A program made the position numbers and the translations under genes. A stretch of 64,000 bases of DNA. It comes from Ignavibacteria bacterium (lineage in GTDB: Bacteria; Bacteroidota; Ignavibacteria; Kapaibacteriales; UBA4661). Each line of letters starts with the position of its first letter. The stretch's first letter is position 1. Below, piece after piece: positions 10,265 to 19,757 of the stretch. The stretch lies in assembly GCA_014654705.1 (NCBI GenBank), contig JACVZY010000104.1, positions 16,863-80,862 of the forward strand, written 5' to 3'. The notes under the pieces are model-generated. The model saw only the letters and a list, made by a program, of their open reading frames with translations. It was not told where the DNA came from and did no database searches.

Positions 10265-11164
10265 CTACATTGTTCGGTATTTTTCGGAGATTCGCTCTCT
10301 GAATTCTCGTGGAGAAAGCCCTTCAGCGGCTTTGAACTGTTTTGCAAAATAGGAGGAGTCGAAATACCGAAGCCCGGCGGCGATTTCGGAAACAGGGAGG
10401 TCGGTAAAAGTGAGCAACCGCTTGGCTTCAAGGAGAATGCGGTCGCGGATAATCTCAGTTGTAGTTTTGTCCGTCACAGACTTGACGATGTGATTGAGGT
10501 GATGCTGCGTAATAGCGAGTTTGTCGGCATATTCGCCTGCCGTTAAACCCTCGTGGAAGTGCGCATCCAGAAGATTCTTGAAGGTTTTGTAGAGAATAAT
10601 GCTGCGCTTAGAAATGGCTTCTTGGTGCTGTGCGCGCCGCTCGGCGTCCACGCATCGTTGGATTTGTCCCAAAACGACGTGCAGAAGCGCTTGAGCAATG
10701 GTGGGTGAGTAGTCAGCACGGCTTCGTTCAGCGAAGAGGAGGTCTATTGTATGTTGTATTTCGTGGTATTGCTCTGCATCAGGCTTCAGGTAGGGTTTCG
10801 TGTAGAAATTATCCAAAAAACTCAGGGTAAAAAGGGCTTCTTTATTGTGGTGGTGAAAAAGAAAAAAATCTTCGGTAAACATGATGCTGCCGCCCTTGAT
10901 GTGCTGCCATTCCTCGAAATGGTGCAGTTGTCCGGGAGAGATAAAGTACAGCGTGTTCGGCTCAATCGGATACTCCTTGTAGTCAATGACGTGCGAACTC
11001 ACACCTTCGGACATCCATAAAATTTCGTAAAACGAGTGTTTGTGAGGATCTTCAATATCCGGCTCTTCCATTTCCTCAAAGCGCGTAATTTCAAACGTGG
11101 TAGGATTCAGAGGCTCATTGATAAAATGTCCGATGGTGTAAAACGGGAAAAGGCTTGTTCGCAT
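10265..11164 (-). CDS. AraC family transcriptional regulator
   Basis: Cupin PHKHSFYEI and C-terminal HTH (EAKRLL...SYFAKQFK). Confidence 0.93.
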   Translation of the reverse strand: MRTSLFPFYTIGHFINEPLNPTTFEITRFEEMEEPDIEDPHKHSFYEILWMSEGVSSHVIDYKEYPIEPNTLYFISPGQLHHFEEWQHIKGGSIMFTEDFFLFHHHNKEALFTLSFLDNFYTKPYLKPDAEQYHEIQHTIDLLFAERSRADYSPTIAQALLHVVLGQIQRCVDAERRAQHQEAISKRSIILYKTFKNLLDAHFHEGLTAGEYADKLAITQHHLNHIVKSVTDKTTTEIIRDRILLEAKRLLTFTDLPVSEIAAGLRYFDSSYFAKQFKAAEGLSPREFRERISEKYRTM

Positions 11165-11219
11165 GGCGCTCGTACAGGAAAAGTGTGATAAAATAGTCGT
11201 GCACGGGGGGATGTTGCCT

Positions 11220-11909
11220 TTACTTCTTCCAGCACTTCACACGAACATACGGAATGTTTTTGCGCAGGGAAAAATCCTCTTGATCAGTTCGTTGTATAAG
11301 CCCCCAGGACGCATCATCAGGACACTCTTCAAAGTCAAACACATCGTGCTGCCTGAGCGTTTCGCGCTGATAGGCGTCCACATCCGGCACATCGGTCATC
11401 AGGTAGAACGTACCTTCGGGCTTGAGCACACGCGCACATTCGTCCAGAAATGCAGGCGTGAAGGCACGACGATAATGATGCCGCTTTTTGAACCACGGGT
11501 CGGGGAAGAAGTAAAAAATCTTTTCCACGGAAGCATCGGTAATAAAGGGCAAACCATTGGCGACGCTGTACCAGAGCGTTTCGGCATTCCCCAGCACACC
11601 GTGCGGGCGTTCACCCTGAATGACGCTCCGAATCCAGTTTGCCGCATACTCGCGCACTTCTAAGCCCAGAATATTCTTCTTCGGCTCTGCAAGTGCCGTT
11701 TCAAGTAGGAAACGTCCCATGCCGCAGCCAATATCAAGGTACTGCGGCGCTTGTGCATTCAAAAAATGCTCGTTCCACGCAATGCTTGGAATCAAGGGCG
11801 GATAATACTCCAAATCAATCCGAATGCGGTCTTTCGGTAGGTATTGATTAGGGCTGACGTGCCGACGGGAGCGGGGTTTGGGGTATTTGGTGAAGTCAAT
11901 GGTGGTCAT
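11220..11909 (-). CDS. trmB: tRNA (guanine-N7)-methyltransferase
   Basis: DIGCGMG, GLEVR, FPDPWFKKRH, MTDV. Confidence 0.92.
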   Translation of the reverse strand: MTTIDFTKYPKPRSRRHVSPNQYLPKDRIRIDLEYYPPLIPSIAWNEHFLNAQAPQYLDIGCGMGRFLLETALAEPKKNILGLEVREYAANWIRSVIQGERPHGVLGNAETLWYSVANGLPFITDASVEKIFYFFPDPWFKKRHHYRRAFTPAFLDECARVLKPEGTFYLMTDVPDVDAYQRETLRQHDVFDFEECPDDASWGLIQRTDQEDFSLRKNIPYVRVKCWKK

Positions 11910-12150
11910 TGTGGAGTTTGCGTTGTGGTATGGATGCAGACGGTTTGTATTCTGCTTCAGTGCGAAACACCCCGTCTTTACTATTATTTGGTATAGACCA
12001 AATACGAAGGACTTTAGCAAAATAGTAGCTTACAAAGTTACGAAAAACGCTCTTGACTTATTCCATTGTTGTTGGCAAAAAGCACATACAAGCCTCTTTT
12101 TCACACTTTTTTGCAGATAAGTGCATAAACGTCATGGTGTGCGAAAAATC

Positions 12151-12166
12151 TGGCACGTAAATTGAA
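12151..12166 (+). promoter_or_regulatory. Putative sigma54 (-24/-12) promoter
   Basis: TGGCACGTAAATTGAA, intergenic, oriented toward the 12500 gene cluster. Confidence 0.65.
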
Positions 12167-12499
12167 TAAATAGAATTTGATATAAAAACCAAATTCGATG
12201 CCCGCACCCTGTCAAAGACCTACACTGCGTTGTAACGGTTGATGTAATGCGGGGAAGGAGAGACGTACGCTCATTATTGTGTGCGCAGTGCGCCTATTAT
12301 TGGGTGAATACTTTCTTCATCAAGCATCATTTTGAAACAAGTGTTCTGGAGAGCAAATGCTTTCCGAACAAACGCTTGGCGCTTTGGACGCATCAAACAG
12401 TTGCTTGTTTGTCATATAAATTTTGTAACCTAAGTCGTTGTTTATCAAGTCAATTACCAACAACATTTTCATTCATTGTATTTACTGTATGGAGACGCT

Positions 12500-13774
12500 A
12501 TGATCTACGCACGCTTTCTCCGGTTCGTGAGCAGCGCCGCGCTGGTGGCGGGGACGCTCGTAATGACCATTCATTACGACGGCTTTGCGCAGCGCAAGCA
12601 AAGCTCCAAAGAACTGAGCGCCCGCTTTATCAAACTCGGTATGTCCTATCGAGAAGGTGGCGACGCTGACAACGCACTATATTTTCTGAACAAGGGACTG
12701 AGCCTTGCGCGGCAGACCAAAAGCCGCTACTGGGAAGCAGCAGCCCACGAGATGATGGGGCTGGTCTATAAAGACCTCCGCGACAAAGACCGCTCAGTTG
12801 CCAATCTGCTGACTGCTCGGCGAATATATGACAACATTATTCGCACGCCCGGCGGTAGCCAAATAGCCATTGAGCGCGAAATTGAGCAGGCGCAAATGAT
12901 GGACATGAATCCTCCTCCTGCATTTGCAAACGAAAATCTTCTTGCACAAGAAGTAGAGGTATTGCGTAATCAAGTGGATTTGCTCAAGACAGAAAACGAC
13001 GCGCTCCGTGAGGAAATAGCAATGCTGCGTGGCGATGTTCCCGGCTCAAGCCTTGACCGCATGAACGATGCCCGCAACAATGACATTCGCAATAACGGTC
13101 CGTTCAACAGCGCTTTCAACGTCTCGCCCGTCGGGATGCTGGATGAAGACGCGCTGGAGAATATGCAAGGCGTTACCTCGATTGAGGAGGGGTTGAAAAA
13201 TCCTGATGCTGTTGTGAAACTGGATTTGCAAAATAATGGTATGAAGAAACTGCCACCCGAAATTGGTCGCTTCCGCAATTTGCAATACCTGAACGTCAGT
13301 CGTAATCAGCTTTCCGAGCTTCCCCGCGAAATCAGTAATCTGACCAAACTGCAAGTGCTGAACGCAAGCGGCAATCAAATAGACATTCTTCCGCCTGAAC
13401 TGAGCCGACTGCAAAGCCTGAAGCAGCTTAATCTGGCAACAAATTTGCTCAAGAAATTACCGCCCGAAATTGGTAAACTCACACGACTCGAATTTCTTGA
13501 TGCAAGCGAAAACCGTCTTTCACAAATTCCGGCTGCGCTTGGCTTGGCAACGAATCTTCGCACAGTGTATTTACGCACAAACTCGCTTGCTAATCTCCCA
13601 CTCGAAATTGGTAAACTCAAGCGTCTGCGCGATTTGGACATAGACGACAATTTCTTTACCGACGACGAATTGAATAATGTGTACAGCATCTTGCCCGACA
13701 CCAATGTCATTACGCAGACCCAGCAAGGCGCACAAACAGGCGGTCAACAGCCTGCAGCCGAAGACCAGCAATAA
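12500..13774 (+). CDS. Secreted TPR + coiled-coil + leucine-rich-repeat protein
   Basis: Signal peptide ending FA|Q; two TPR-like helical pairs; heptad LRNQVDLLKTENDALREEIAML; about 7 LRRs of 23 aa (LPPEIGxL) with an EGLKNPDAV N-cap; GGAG RBS. Confidence 0.85.
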   Translation: MIYARFLRFVSSAALVAGTLVMTIHYDGFAQRKQSSKELSARFIKLGMSYREGGDADNALYFLNKGLSLARQTKSRYWEAAAHEMMGLVYKDLRDKDRSVANLLTARRIYDNIIRTPGGSQIAIEREIEQAQMMDMNPPPAFANENLLAQEVEVLRNQVDLLKTENDALREEIAMLRGDVPGSSLDRMNDARNNDIRNNGPFNSAFNVSPVGMLDEDALENMQGVTSIEEGLKNPDAVVKLDLQNNGMKKLPPEIGRFRNLQYLNVSRNQLSELPREISNLTKLQVLNASGNQIDILPPELSRLQSLKQLNLATNLLKKLPPEIGKLTRLEFLDASENRLSQIPAALGLATNLRTVYLRTNSLANLPLEIGKLKRLRDLDIDDNFFTDDELNNVYSILPDTNVITQTQQGAQTGGQQPAAEDQQ

Positions 13775-13832
13775 AAAAGATAGTAACCAAACAACAAGCA
13801 ATTATTCAATCAATCACCTCGGAGACGCAGGT

Positions 13833-15440
13833 ATGAATCGTTCAGTCTTCTTCTGTATGGCGCTGCTCTGCCTTGCGTCGTACACTTCGTGGAGCCAACA
13901 GCAGCAACGCCGACCACCCACGACAACCAACAGAACTACCAATAATCGCACAACAACAGCACGTCCGGCAACCACACAGCAAGCTGCGCCCGCACCTGCT
14001 GTGGCAAATGACCCGCCACAAGGCACAACACGTATCAATACAGCACAGACGCGCCCCGCAACGACCAATCGTCCGGGAGCGCCTCGCACCAATGCGACTG
14101 CTGCACGACCTGTCGTGACCGCGCCACGTCCGGTGGCACGCCCAACGCAGCCACCAATTGACTACTGCACACTCTGCATCAGCACCCTTGCCTCGATTGA
14201 GCATCCGCTCCAAGTCGGTTCGCTGGCACGCCACGCGGCACTTGGCGGTGGAGGTTACGGTATGGGCGGAGATATTCGCACCTACGCGGCGAATCCCTTT
14301 ATTGTGGATTCGTACTCGCTTACCATCAATCCCGCGTACGCAGACCGCTTCCGCAATAGCATTTTCGTTAATGCAGGTTCGGTGGCAGGCTCTAGCTCGC
14401 AGCCACTCAGTAACTTTGGCGGACCTTTTATCGGTGCAATTTTCGACATCAGCCCCCGCGTTACTGTTGGCGGTATGGTTTCGTTTGAATCATTTCCGGG
14501 TATAACGGCAGTGAATACCGACGTTGTAAATGCTATTGCTCTCAGTAGTATTCTGGGGCTGGCAAGCCAGTATCCGGGCGGTATTGCGGCGCTCCCAGGC
14601 TTCACACAGCTCAAGGCACGCAATAACGGACAATTACAAGTAACCTATAATACCGGTGATGGCAAAGGTGGCGGTGTGGTAATGGGAGCAGGCGTTTCCT
14701 TCACAACGACATCACTTGCGCCACTGGCAAATGCACCTCGCTCGCAGCCAACGGCAAATATCACACAAATTGGCTTCAATGCCGGTGTGCTTATTACCAC
14801 CGGCACTCAGTCCATGTTGGACTTGTCGGCGACAATCTTACTGCCTCGTGTATCGCTTCCGGTACCGGGTTCGACCAGTGCCTCGTTGAGTTTTGCTAAT
14901 ACGGTGATTGGTGTTAATGCACGGTATATCGCACGAATTTCGCGTCAATTTACGCTTATTCCGATGGCAAACATCTACAACATCCAAAGTGCTTCGCCGT
15001 ATTTTGGTAATGTTACCAGTGTTGATGTTGGCATGGGCTTTAACTATGCCGTTGGTCCACTCTTTTTTGTGGGTGGTCTGAGCTTATCGAATAATAGTGG
15101 CGGCAATCTGCCGAGTCAAAGCGTCCCGGGTGCATCATCGGTTTCTTCGGAACTGATTCTGCCCAGATGGAATATCGGTGTTGAGTATTCCGTTATTGAC
15201 TGGCTGCGCCTTCGCGCTGGTTATGCCGGATATAGTTCTTCTGCACGGAGTAACGATGTTGTCTATCCGTCCTACTTTGGATATGCGCTTTCAGAAGGCG
15301 TATCGCTTGGTTTCGGATTAGTCTTTGGTGGCTTTACGTTAGATGTAACGACCGACACCCGCATTTTGCGGCAAGGCTTGGGAAATATCGGTAGTGGTCA
15401 GCCCACATTTGGTTTTGTCTCGGCGAATTTCCGCTTCTAA
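13833..15440 (+). CDS. Outer-membrane beta-barrel (FadL/PorV-like) with long Pro/Thr/Arg/Gln-rich N-terminal linker
   Basis: Signal peptide, low-complexity linker, ARHAALGG plug-like motif, alternating beta-strands, WLRLRAG, terminal Phe (ANFRF). Confidence 0.7.
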   Translation: MNRSVFFCMALLCLASYTSWSQQQQRRPPTTTNRTTNNRTTTARPATTQQAAPAPAVANDPPQGTTRINTAQTRPATTNRPGAPRTNATAARPVVTAPRPVARPTQPPIDYCTLCISTLASIEHPLQVGSLARHAALGGGGYGMGGDIRTYAANPFIVDSYSLTINPAYADRFRNSIFVNAGSVAGSSSQPLSNFGGPFIGAIFDISPRVTVGGMVSFESFPGITAVNTDVVNAIALSSILGLASQYPGGIAALPGFTQLKARNNGQLQVTYNTGDGKGGGVVMGAGVSFTTTSLAPLANAPRSQPTANITQIGFNAGVLITTGTQSMLDLSATILLPRVSLPVPGSTSASLSFANTVIGVNARYIARISRQFTLIPMANIYNIQSASPYFGNVTSVDVGMGFNYAVGPLFFVGGLSLSNNSGGNLPSQSVPGASSVSSELILPRWNIGVEYSVIDWLRLRAGYAGYSSSARSNDVVYPSYFGYALSEGVSLGFGLVFGGFTLDVTTDTRILRQGLGNIGSGQPTFGFVSANFRF

Positions 15441-15489
15441 GAAAAGAGCACTCAACCGCTTGAGACAGTTTAGAATACAATCTATCCTT

Positions 15490-15527
15490 AAGGAATGTCG
15501 AAAACACATCTGTTGACGACATTCCTT
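15490..15527 (+). terminator. Strong hairpin after the barrel gene (terminator or stabiliser)
   Basis: aaggaatgtcg ... cgacattcctt 11-bp stem, short U-tract. Confidence 0.5.
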
Positions 15528-15756
15528 TCGGTGCTTGACTGAATGTTTTTCGTAACCGATTTCGGTGAAATGAATATAGATAGTCTTCTGAAGCGGAGAT
15601 AATCTTTCTTCATTCGTTCAATCCGAAGCCTCCGCATTCCTTTGCACACGGCGACCCGAACCCGTTACTATTTCTCTCTTGAATATCTCAACAAACCAAC
15701 TGTTTGTCATGGTACTATTCATCCTATTACTGCTCATTTTTTAAGGAAACTCCTCT

Positions 15757-18700
15757 ATGCGAATCAATGTCTTTGAGGAAAAACCTCATGCAGAGGGAAA
15801 ACCTCATCTCTATCGCCCACATCGGAATGCCGGCAGCACTGGTCAGCTTCTTAGAACAGCACTGCTGATGGCAATCTTGTGGGCTGTCTTGCTGTTTTTT
15901 GCGCTCGGCAGACTTTCGGCGCAGCAGTTGAGCATTACGCAGCTCGGCGACCAAACAACGCCTCTGAATACACCTATCTCGGTGCAGCTTACCATTGCCG
16001 ATGTGAACCCCGGTTCGGTGGCGCTGTTGGGGCTGTCCGATAACCAAAGTCTGATTTCGGATAATAACATTGTCGTCGCGCAAGGCACGACATCTCGTCA
16101 GATGACCATTACCCCAACGACGGGGCAAAGCGGCACGACGCAAATCACTATCATCGGCACGAACGCGATGGGACAAAATACGTCCATGAGCTTTCGTATT
16201 ACGGTCGGTGGTGCGAGTTTTGGTCCGACTATCAGTCCGATTTCGCCCGTAACAACACCAGCAAATACACCTTTGAATGTCCCCTTCACGATTACCGACG
16301 CCAGTCCGGGAACGGTTACGGTCGTAACAAGTATTGATAACACCATTCTTGTTGCGCCCAATGCCTTGGTTGTCAGTGGTTTCGGTTCTTCGCGCTCGCT
16401 TGCCATTACGCCCAATGCGGGGCAGTTTGGGTCGGCGGTTATCACAATTGTAGCGACCAACCAAAGCGGCTTCTCGGCACGAACGTCTTTCACGCTTACT
16501 GTTACTGAGCCACCACCGGCTCAAGCGCCGACGATAACTGTCGTGCCTGACCTTGCTACAGCGGTCGGCGTGTCGGTCTCGGCATTGTTCAATGTCTTCG
16601 ACCAAAGCGGCGCTCAGAATGTCAATGTCTTCGCTAATTCATCGAATCCGAGTTTGCTGCCGGACGCGAATATCGCTATTACCGGCACTGCGTCCTCACG
16701 GCAAATTACCTTGCGTCCGGTGGCGAATGTAAAAGGACGGGCAACGGTATTCCTCCGAGCGTTGAATCCGTCAGGGCTGGGGGCAAACGCTGCTTTTACG
16801 CTCTACGTCGCTGCTATCAATGACCCGCCTGTGGTTGAAGGGCTGCGTGATACAGTTTTGCCACAAAATACGATAGTTACAATTCCTTTTCGGGTATTCG
16901 ACGCGAACCCGAATATGCTGTTTATTACGCCAACCTCTGCAAACCCTGATGTGGTACCGAATGCAAACATTAGCATCGGCGGAACCGGCATTAACCGTAC
17001 GCTGACCTTCACGCCCGCACAAAATCGTTTTGGTGAGGTGGCTATCAATGTCGGGGTACGGAATCAAAATAACATTCTGACCTTTGGGCTTTTGAGAGCC
17101 ACGTTTGTTGCGCCACCACGTGTGGGGCAGATACCGCCGCTTACAACGCCCATCAATACGTCTGTTCGGGCTTCCTTCACGCTGGAGGATATCAATACTT
17201 CCACACTGAGATTTGCATTCTCATCATCGAATCCGGGGCTTATTCCCACGAGTAACATCGCTGTTAGTCAGCAAGGAACAGAAGGGCGCTCGCTCACAAT
17301 CACCCCTGCGCCGAACCAAATCGGTACGGCGACGATTACCATGACCGTAACAAATCAAAATGGGCTTTCGACGGTAATAAGTTTTCCTGTTACGGTCTTT
17401 CAAAACCAGACACCGCCAAGCATCAGCAGCATTGCGGGAGTTTCTACCGCACGAAATGTGCCTGTGGCAACGATGTTCACGGTGAGCGATGCGGATGTGA
17501 ACAACCTGCGTTTTTCAATTGCGTCGTCGAACCCGAACGTGTTTCCGTCGAACAATATCATTGTGAGCGGTTCCGGCACAACGCGCATCATCACGCTTGC
17601 GCCCGCACCGAACCAGATTGGCACATCACTTATCACCATTACGGTTACGAATGCAGCTGGACTGAGCGCCTCGACAAGTTTTGCCGCAAGCGTTATTCCA
17701 CCGCCGTCTACCCCGACACTGCGAGCGATTATCAACCTCACGACCCCGCGCAACACGCCTATTTCCTTGCAGTTTGTGGCGAGCGACGAAAACCTTGCCA
17801 CGCTTCAGCTTTCGGCTTCGTCGTCTAATCAAACGCTGTTCCCGAATGGTAATCTTGCGCTTTTCGGCGCAGGAACTCTTCGTACAATCACGATGACTCC
17901 GGCTTTTAATCAGCTTGGCGTGTCCACGATTACCATTGTCGCCGTGAATCAGCAAGGGCAAAGCACCACGCTGGATTTCACCGTTACTGTCACGCCGCCG
18001 CTTTTGCCGCCTGTCGTTGCGCCCATCGGTAACATTATCATTGGTCAAAACCAAGTCGCCACGCGGCAACTGAATGTGAACGACCCGTTTGATATCACAT
18101 CATTGCGTTTTGCATTCGAGTCCACCAACCCAACGCTTCAGCCCACGAGCGGGCTGCAAGTAGCAGGTGGCGGCACGGCGCGAACGCTCACCGTTGCGCC
18201 CGCGCTGAACCAATCAGGCTCAAGCGACATTACGCTCACCGTAACGAACCAACAAGGACTCAGTGCAAACACAAGTTTCCGCCTGACGGTGATTCCGCCG
18301 CCATCGGCATCGGAATTTTTCCCGCCAAGCCTTGTAACGCGCCCTGAGACCAGCACCTCGTCCGTTATCACCATCAACGACGGGAGCGGCTTTCCGCTTA
18401 CGTTCTCTATCCAAAGTTCCAACGAAAATCTTGTCCCTGTGGGTAATGTGCGCATAGAAGACATCGGCAACAGCCAATACCGCATCATCGCTACGCCTCT
18501 TGCGGGGCGCACAGGGCGGGCACGCATAACAGTTACCATCTCGAACGGCTATTCGTCGGTCGTGCGGGTGCTGGATGTGGAAGTGATAGCGCCGCTTGTG
18601 ATTCCGACCATTCCGTTCTTGATAGCGCCGCCCAACGGTTCGACGGGCTTGCAGCCGAATAGCATCCGCTTTTTGTGGTCGAGTGTGCCGGGTGCGTTTC

Positions 18701-19227
18701 TCTATCAGGTGCAAGTGGCAAACGATTCGCTCTTCGACCTCATCTACCTCAATAACGACCAGCTAACCGACACAACATGGCTTGTAACGGACTTCGGCGT
18801 GAACCGTCAGTATTTCTGGCGTGTTCGGGCGCGGTTTGGCTTGACCAATGGCGGTTGGTCGGAAACGTGGACATTCACAACGGGGCGCGTTCGCCAGGGT
18901 GGATTGCTGACAAGCGGCGAAAGTTTGTTGACAAGAAACGCAAGCAATAGTACCGGCGGCATCAGCACCACACGGCTTTTGGCAAATATCCCGAACCCCT
19001 TCAGCGAGGGTACGCGCATCGAATACGAACTCACGGAAGAAACGCCTGTCCGACTTGAAATCACTGATGCTCTGGGCAAAACTGTGGCGGAACTGGTGAG
19101 CGCCGTACAATCGAAAGGCGCATACAGTCTGGAGTTCCAAGCGAAGAATTTGGCAAGTGGTGTGTATTGGTGCGTCCTGCATACGCCACGCGAGGTGTTT
19201 CGGCAGAAGATGGTTGTGCAGAAGTAA
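15757..19227 (+). CDS. Large T9SS-secreted protein with about 9 tandem ~97-aa Ig/cadherin-like repeats, FN3 and type-A CTD
   Basis: Repeating SSNPxLxP...RTLTxTPAxNQxG...ITVTN units; YFWRVRA FN3; NIPNPFS...LASGVY...KMVVQK CTD. Confidence 0.88.
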   Translation: MRINVFEEKPHAEGKPHLYRPHRNAGSTGQLLRTALLMAILWAVLLFFALGRLSAQQLSITQLGDQTTPLNTPISVQLTIADVNPGSVALLGLSDNQSLISDNNIVVAQGTTSRQMTITPTTGQSGTTQITIIGTNAMGQNTSMSFRITVGGASFGPTISPISPVTTPANTPLNVPFTITDASPGTVTVVTSIDNTILVAPNALVVSGFGSSRSLAITPNAGQFGSAVITIVATNQSGFSARTSFTLTVTEPPPAQAPTITVVPDLATAVGVSVSALFNVFDQSGAQNVNVFANSSNPSLLPDANIAITGTASSRQITLRPVANVKGRATVFLRALNPSGLGANAAFTLYVAAINDPPVVEGLRDTVLPQNTIVTIPFRVFDANPNMLFITPTSANPDVVPNANISIGGTGINRTLTFTPAQNRFGEVAINVGVRNQNNILTFGLLRATFVAPPRVGQIPPLTTPINTSVRASFTLEDINTSTLRFAFSSSNPGLIPTSNIAVSQQGTEGRSLTITPAPNQIGTATITMTVTNQNGLSTVISFPVTVFQNQTPPSISSIAGVSTARNVPVATMFTVSDADVNNLRFSIASSNPNVFPSNNIIVSGSGTTRIITLAPAPNQIGTSLITITVTNAAGLSASTSFAASVIPPPSTPTLRAIINLTTPRNTPISLQFVASDENLATLQLSASSSNQTLFPNGNLALFGAGTLRTITMTPAFNQLGVSTITIVAVNQQGQSTTLDFTVTVTPPLLPPVVAPIGNIIIGQNQVATRQLNVNDPFDITSLRFAFESTNPTLQPTSGLQVAGGGTARTLTVAPALNQSGSSDITLTVTNQQGLSANTSFRLTVIPPPSASEFFPPSLVTRPETSTSSVITINDGSGFPLTFSIQSSNENLVPVGNVRIEDIGNSQYRIIATPLAGRTGRARITVTISNGYSSVVRVLDVEVIAPLVIPTIPFLIAPPNGSTGLQPNSIRFLWSSVPGAFLYQVQVANDSLFDLIYLNNDQLTDTTWLVTDFGVNRQYFWRVRARFGLTNGGWSETWTFTTGRVRQGGLLTSGESLLTRNASNSTGGISTTRLLANIPNPFSEGTRIEYELTEETPVRLEITDALGKTVAELVSAVQSKGAYSLEFQAKNLASGVYWCVLHTPREVFRQKMVVQK

Positions 19228-19248
19228 AGAGATATTTCATCTGTAACG

Positions 19249-19298
19249 AACACTGCCGCTTGAGTCAGAAGGATTCAAGCGGCAGTGTTGTTTTTTTT
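19249..19298 (+). terminator. Intrinsic terminator
   Basis: aacactgccgcttga/tcaagcggcagtgtt stem followed by a T-run. Confidence 0.8.
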
Positions 19299-19596
19299 GA
19301 TGTCGGCGGCAATCATCGTTTCAAACAATGCAACCCGCGCAAAGTGTCTTTGCATCTGCTCCGGCGACTGAATGCCCAAAATCAAGCAAGAAAGCCTCGT
19401 GTCGTAAAAATAGAACTTCGGCGCTTTGATAAGCCGTTTGTTAAAATTCTGATGATATGAAGGAAACGTACGGCAGTTCACTAAATGCCGCACGAACAGG
19501 GGTCTTTTTCCCGGATTGACGCGGACCCAAACACGCCAGCACAGGAAAATGCGATGCGGCATGGTGAAGATACGTGCTTAAGGTGCGTGGTATCAT
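19275..19596 (-). pseudogene. Internally deleted, frameshifted AAA_14/DUF4143 ATPase remnant
   Basis: MIPRTL...GPRQSGKKT (Walker A) in one frame joined to YHQNFNKRLIKAPKFYFYDT...LFETM (DUF4143 motif) in another; only ~320 bp in total. Confidence 0.8.
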
Positions 19597-19696
19597 TGTT
19601 GTGAAAGGGTTTACATAAAATCGCAACAACAAATATCGTACGGTGAACTTGCAAGGGAGTATTGTGTGGTCAGGTACGAATTGACCTTGACGGTAC

Positions 19697-19737
19697 AAAA
19701 AAAGCGATAGCAGGGCTATACGCCGCACTATCGCTTT
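19697..19737 (-). terminator. Probable terminator of the ABC operon
   Basis: aaagcgatag/ctatcgcttt stem with a U-run on the minus strand. Confidence 0.6.
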
Positions 19738-19757
19738 CCTGATTCGCTTGAAATTTC

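Noticed and set aside
12197-12260. Cobalamin riboswitch (cccgca.ctgt, cactg...gggaagg resemblance)
   Set aside because: The upstream GGGAA/GGTG..A.TCC elements and the AGYCAG.AGACC B12 box are missing, and the downstream genes are not B12-related
15757-18600. CRISPR-like or DNA tandem array in the large repeat gene
   Set aside because: The repeats are diverged protein-level Ig domains in one open frame, not identical DNA repeats with spacers
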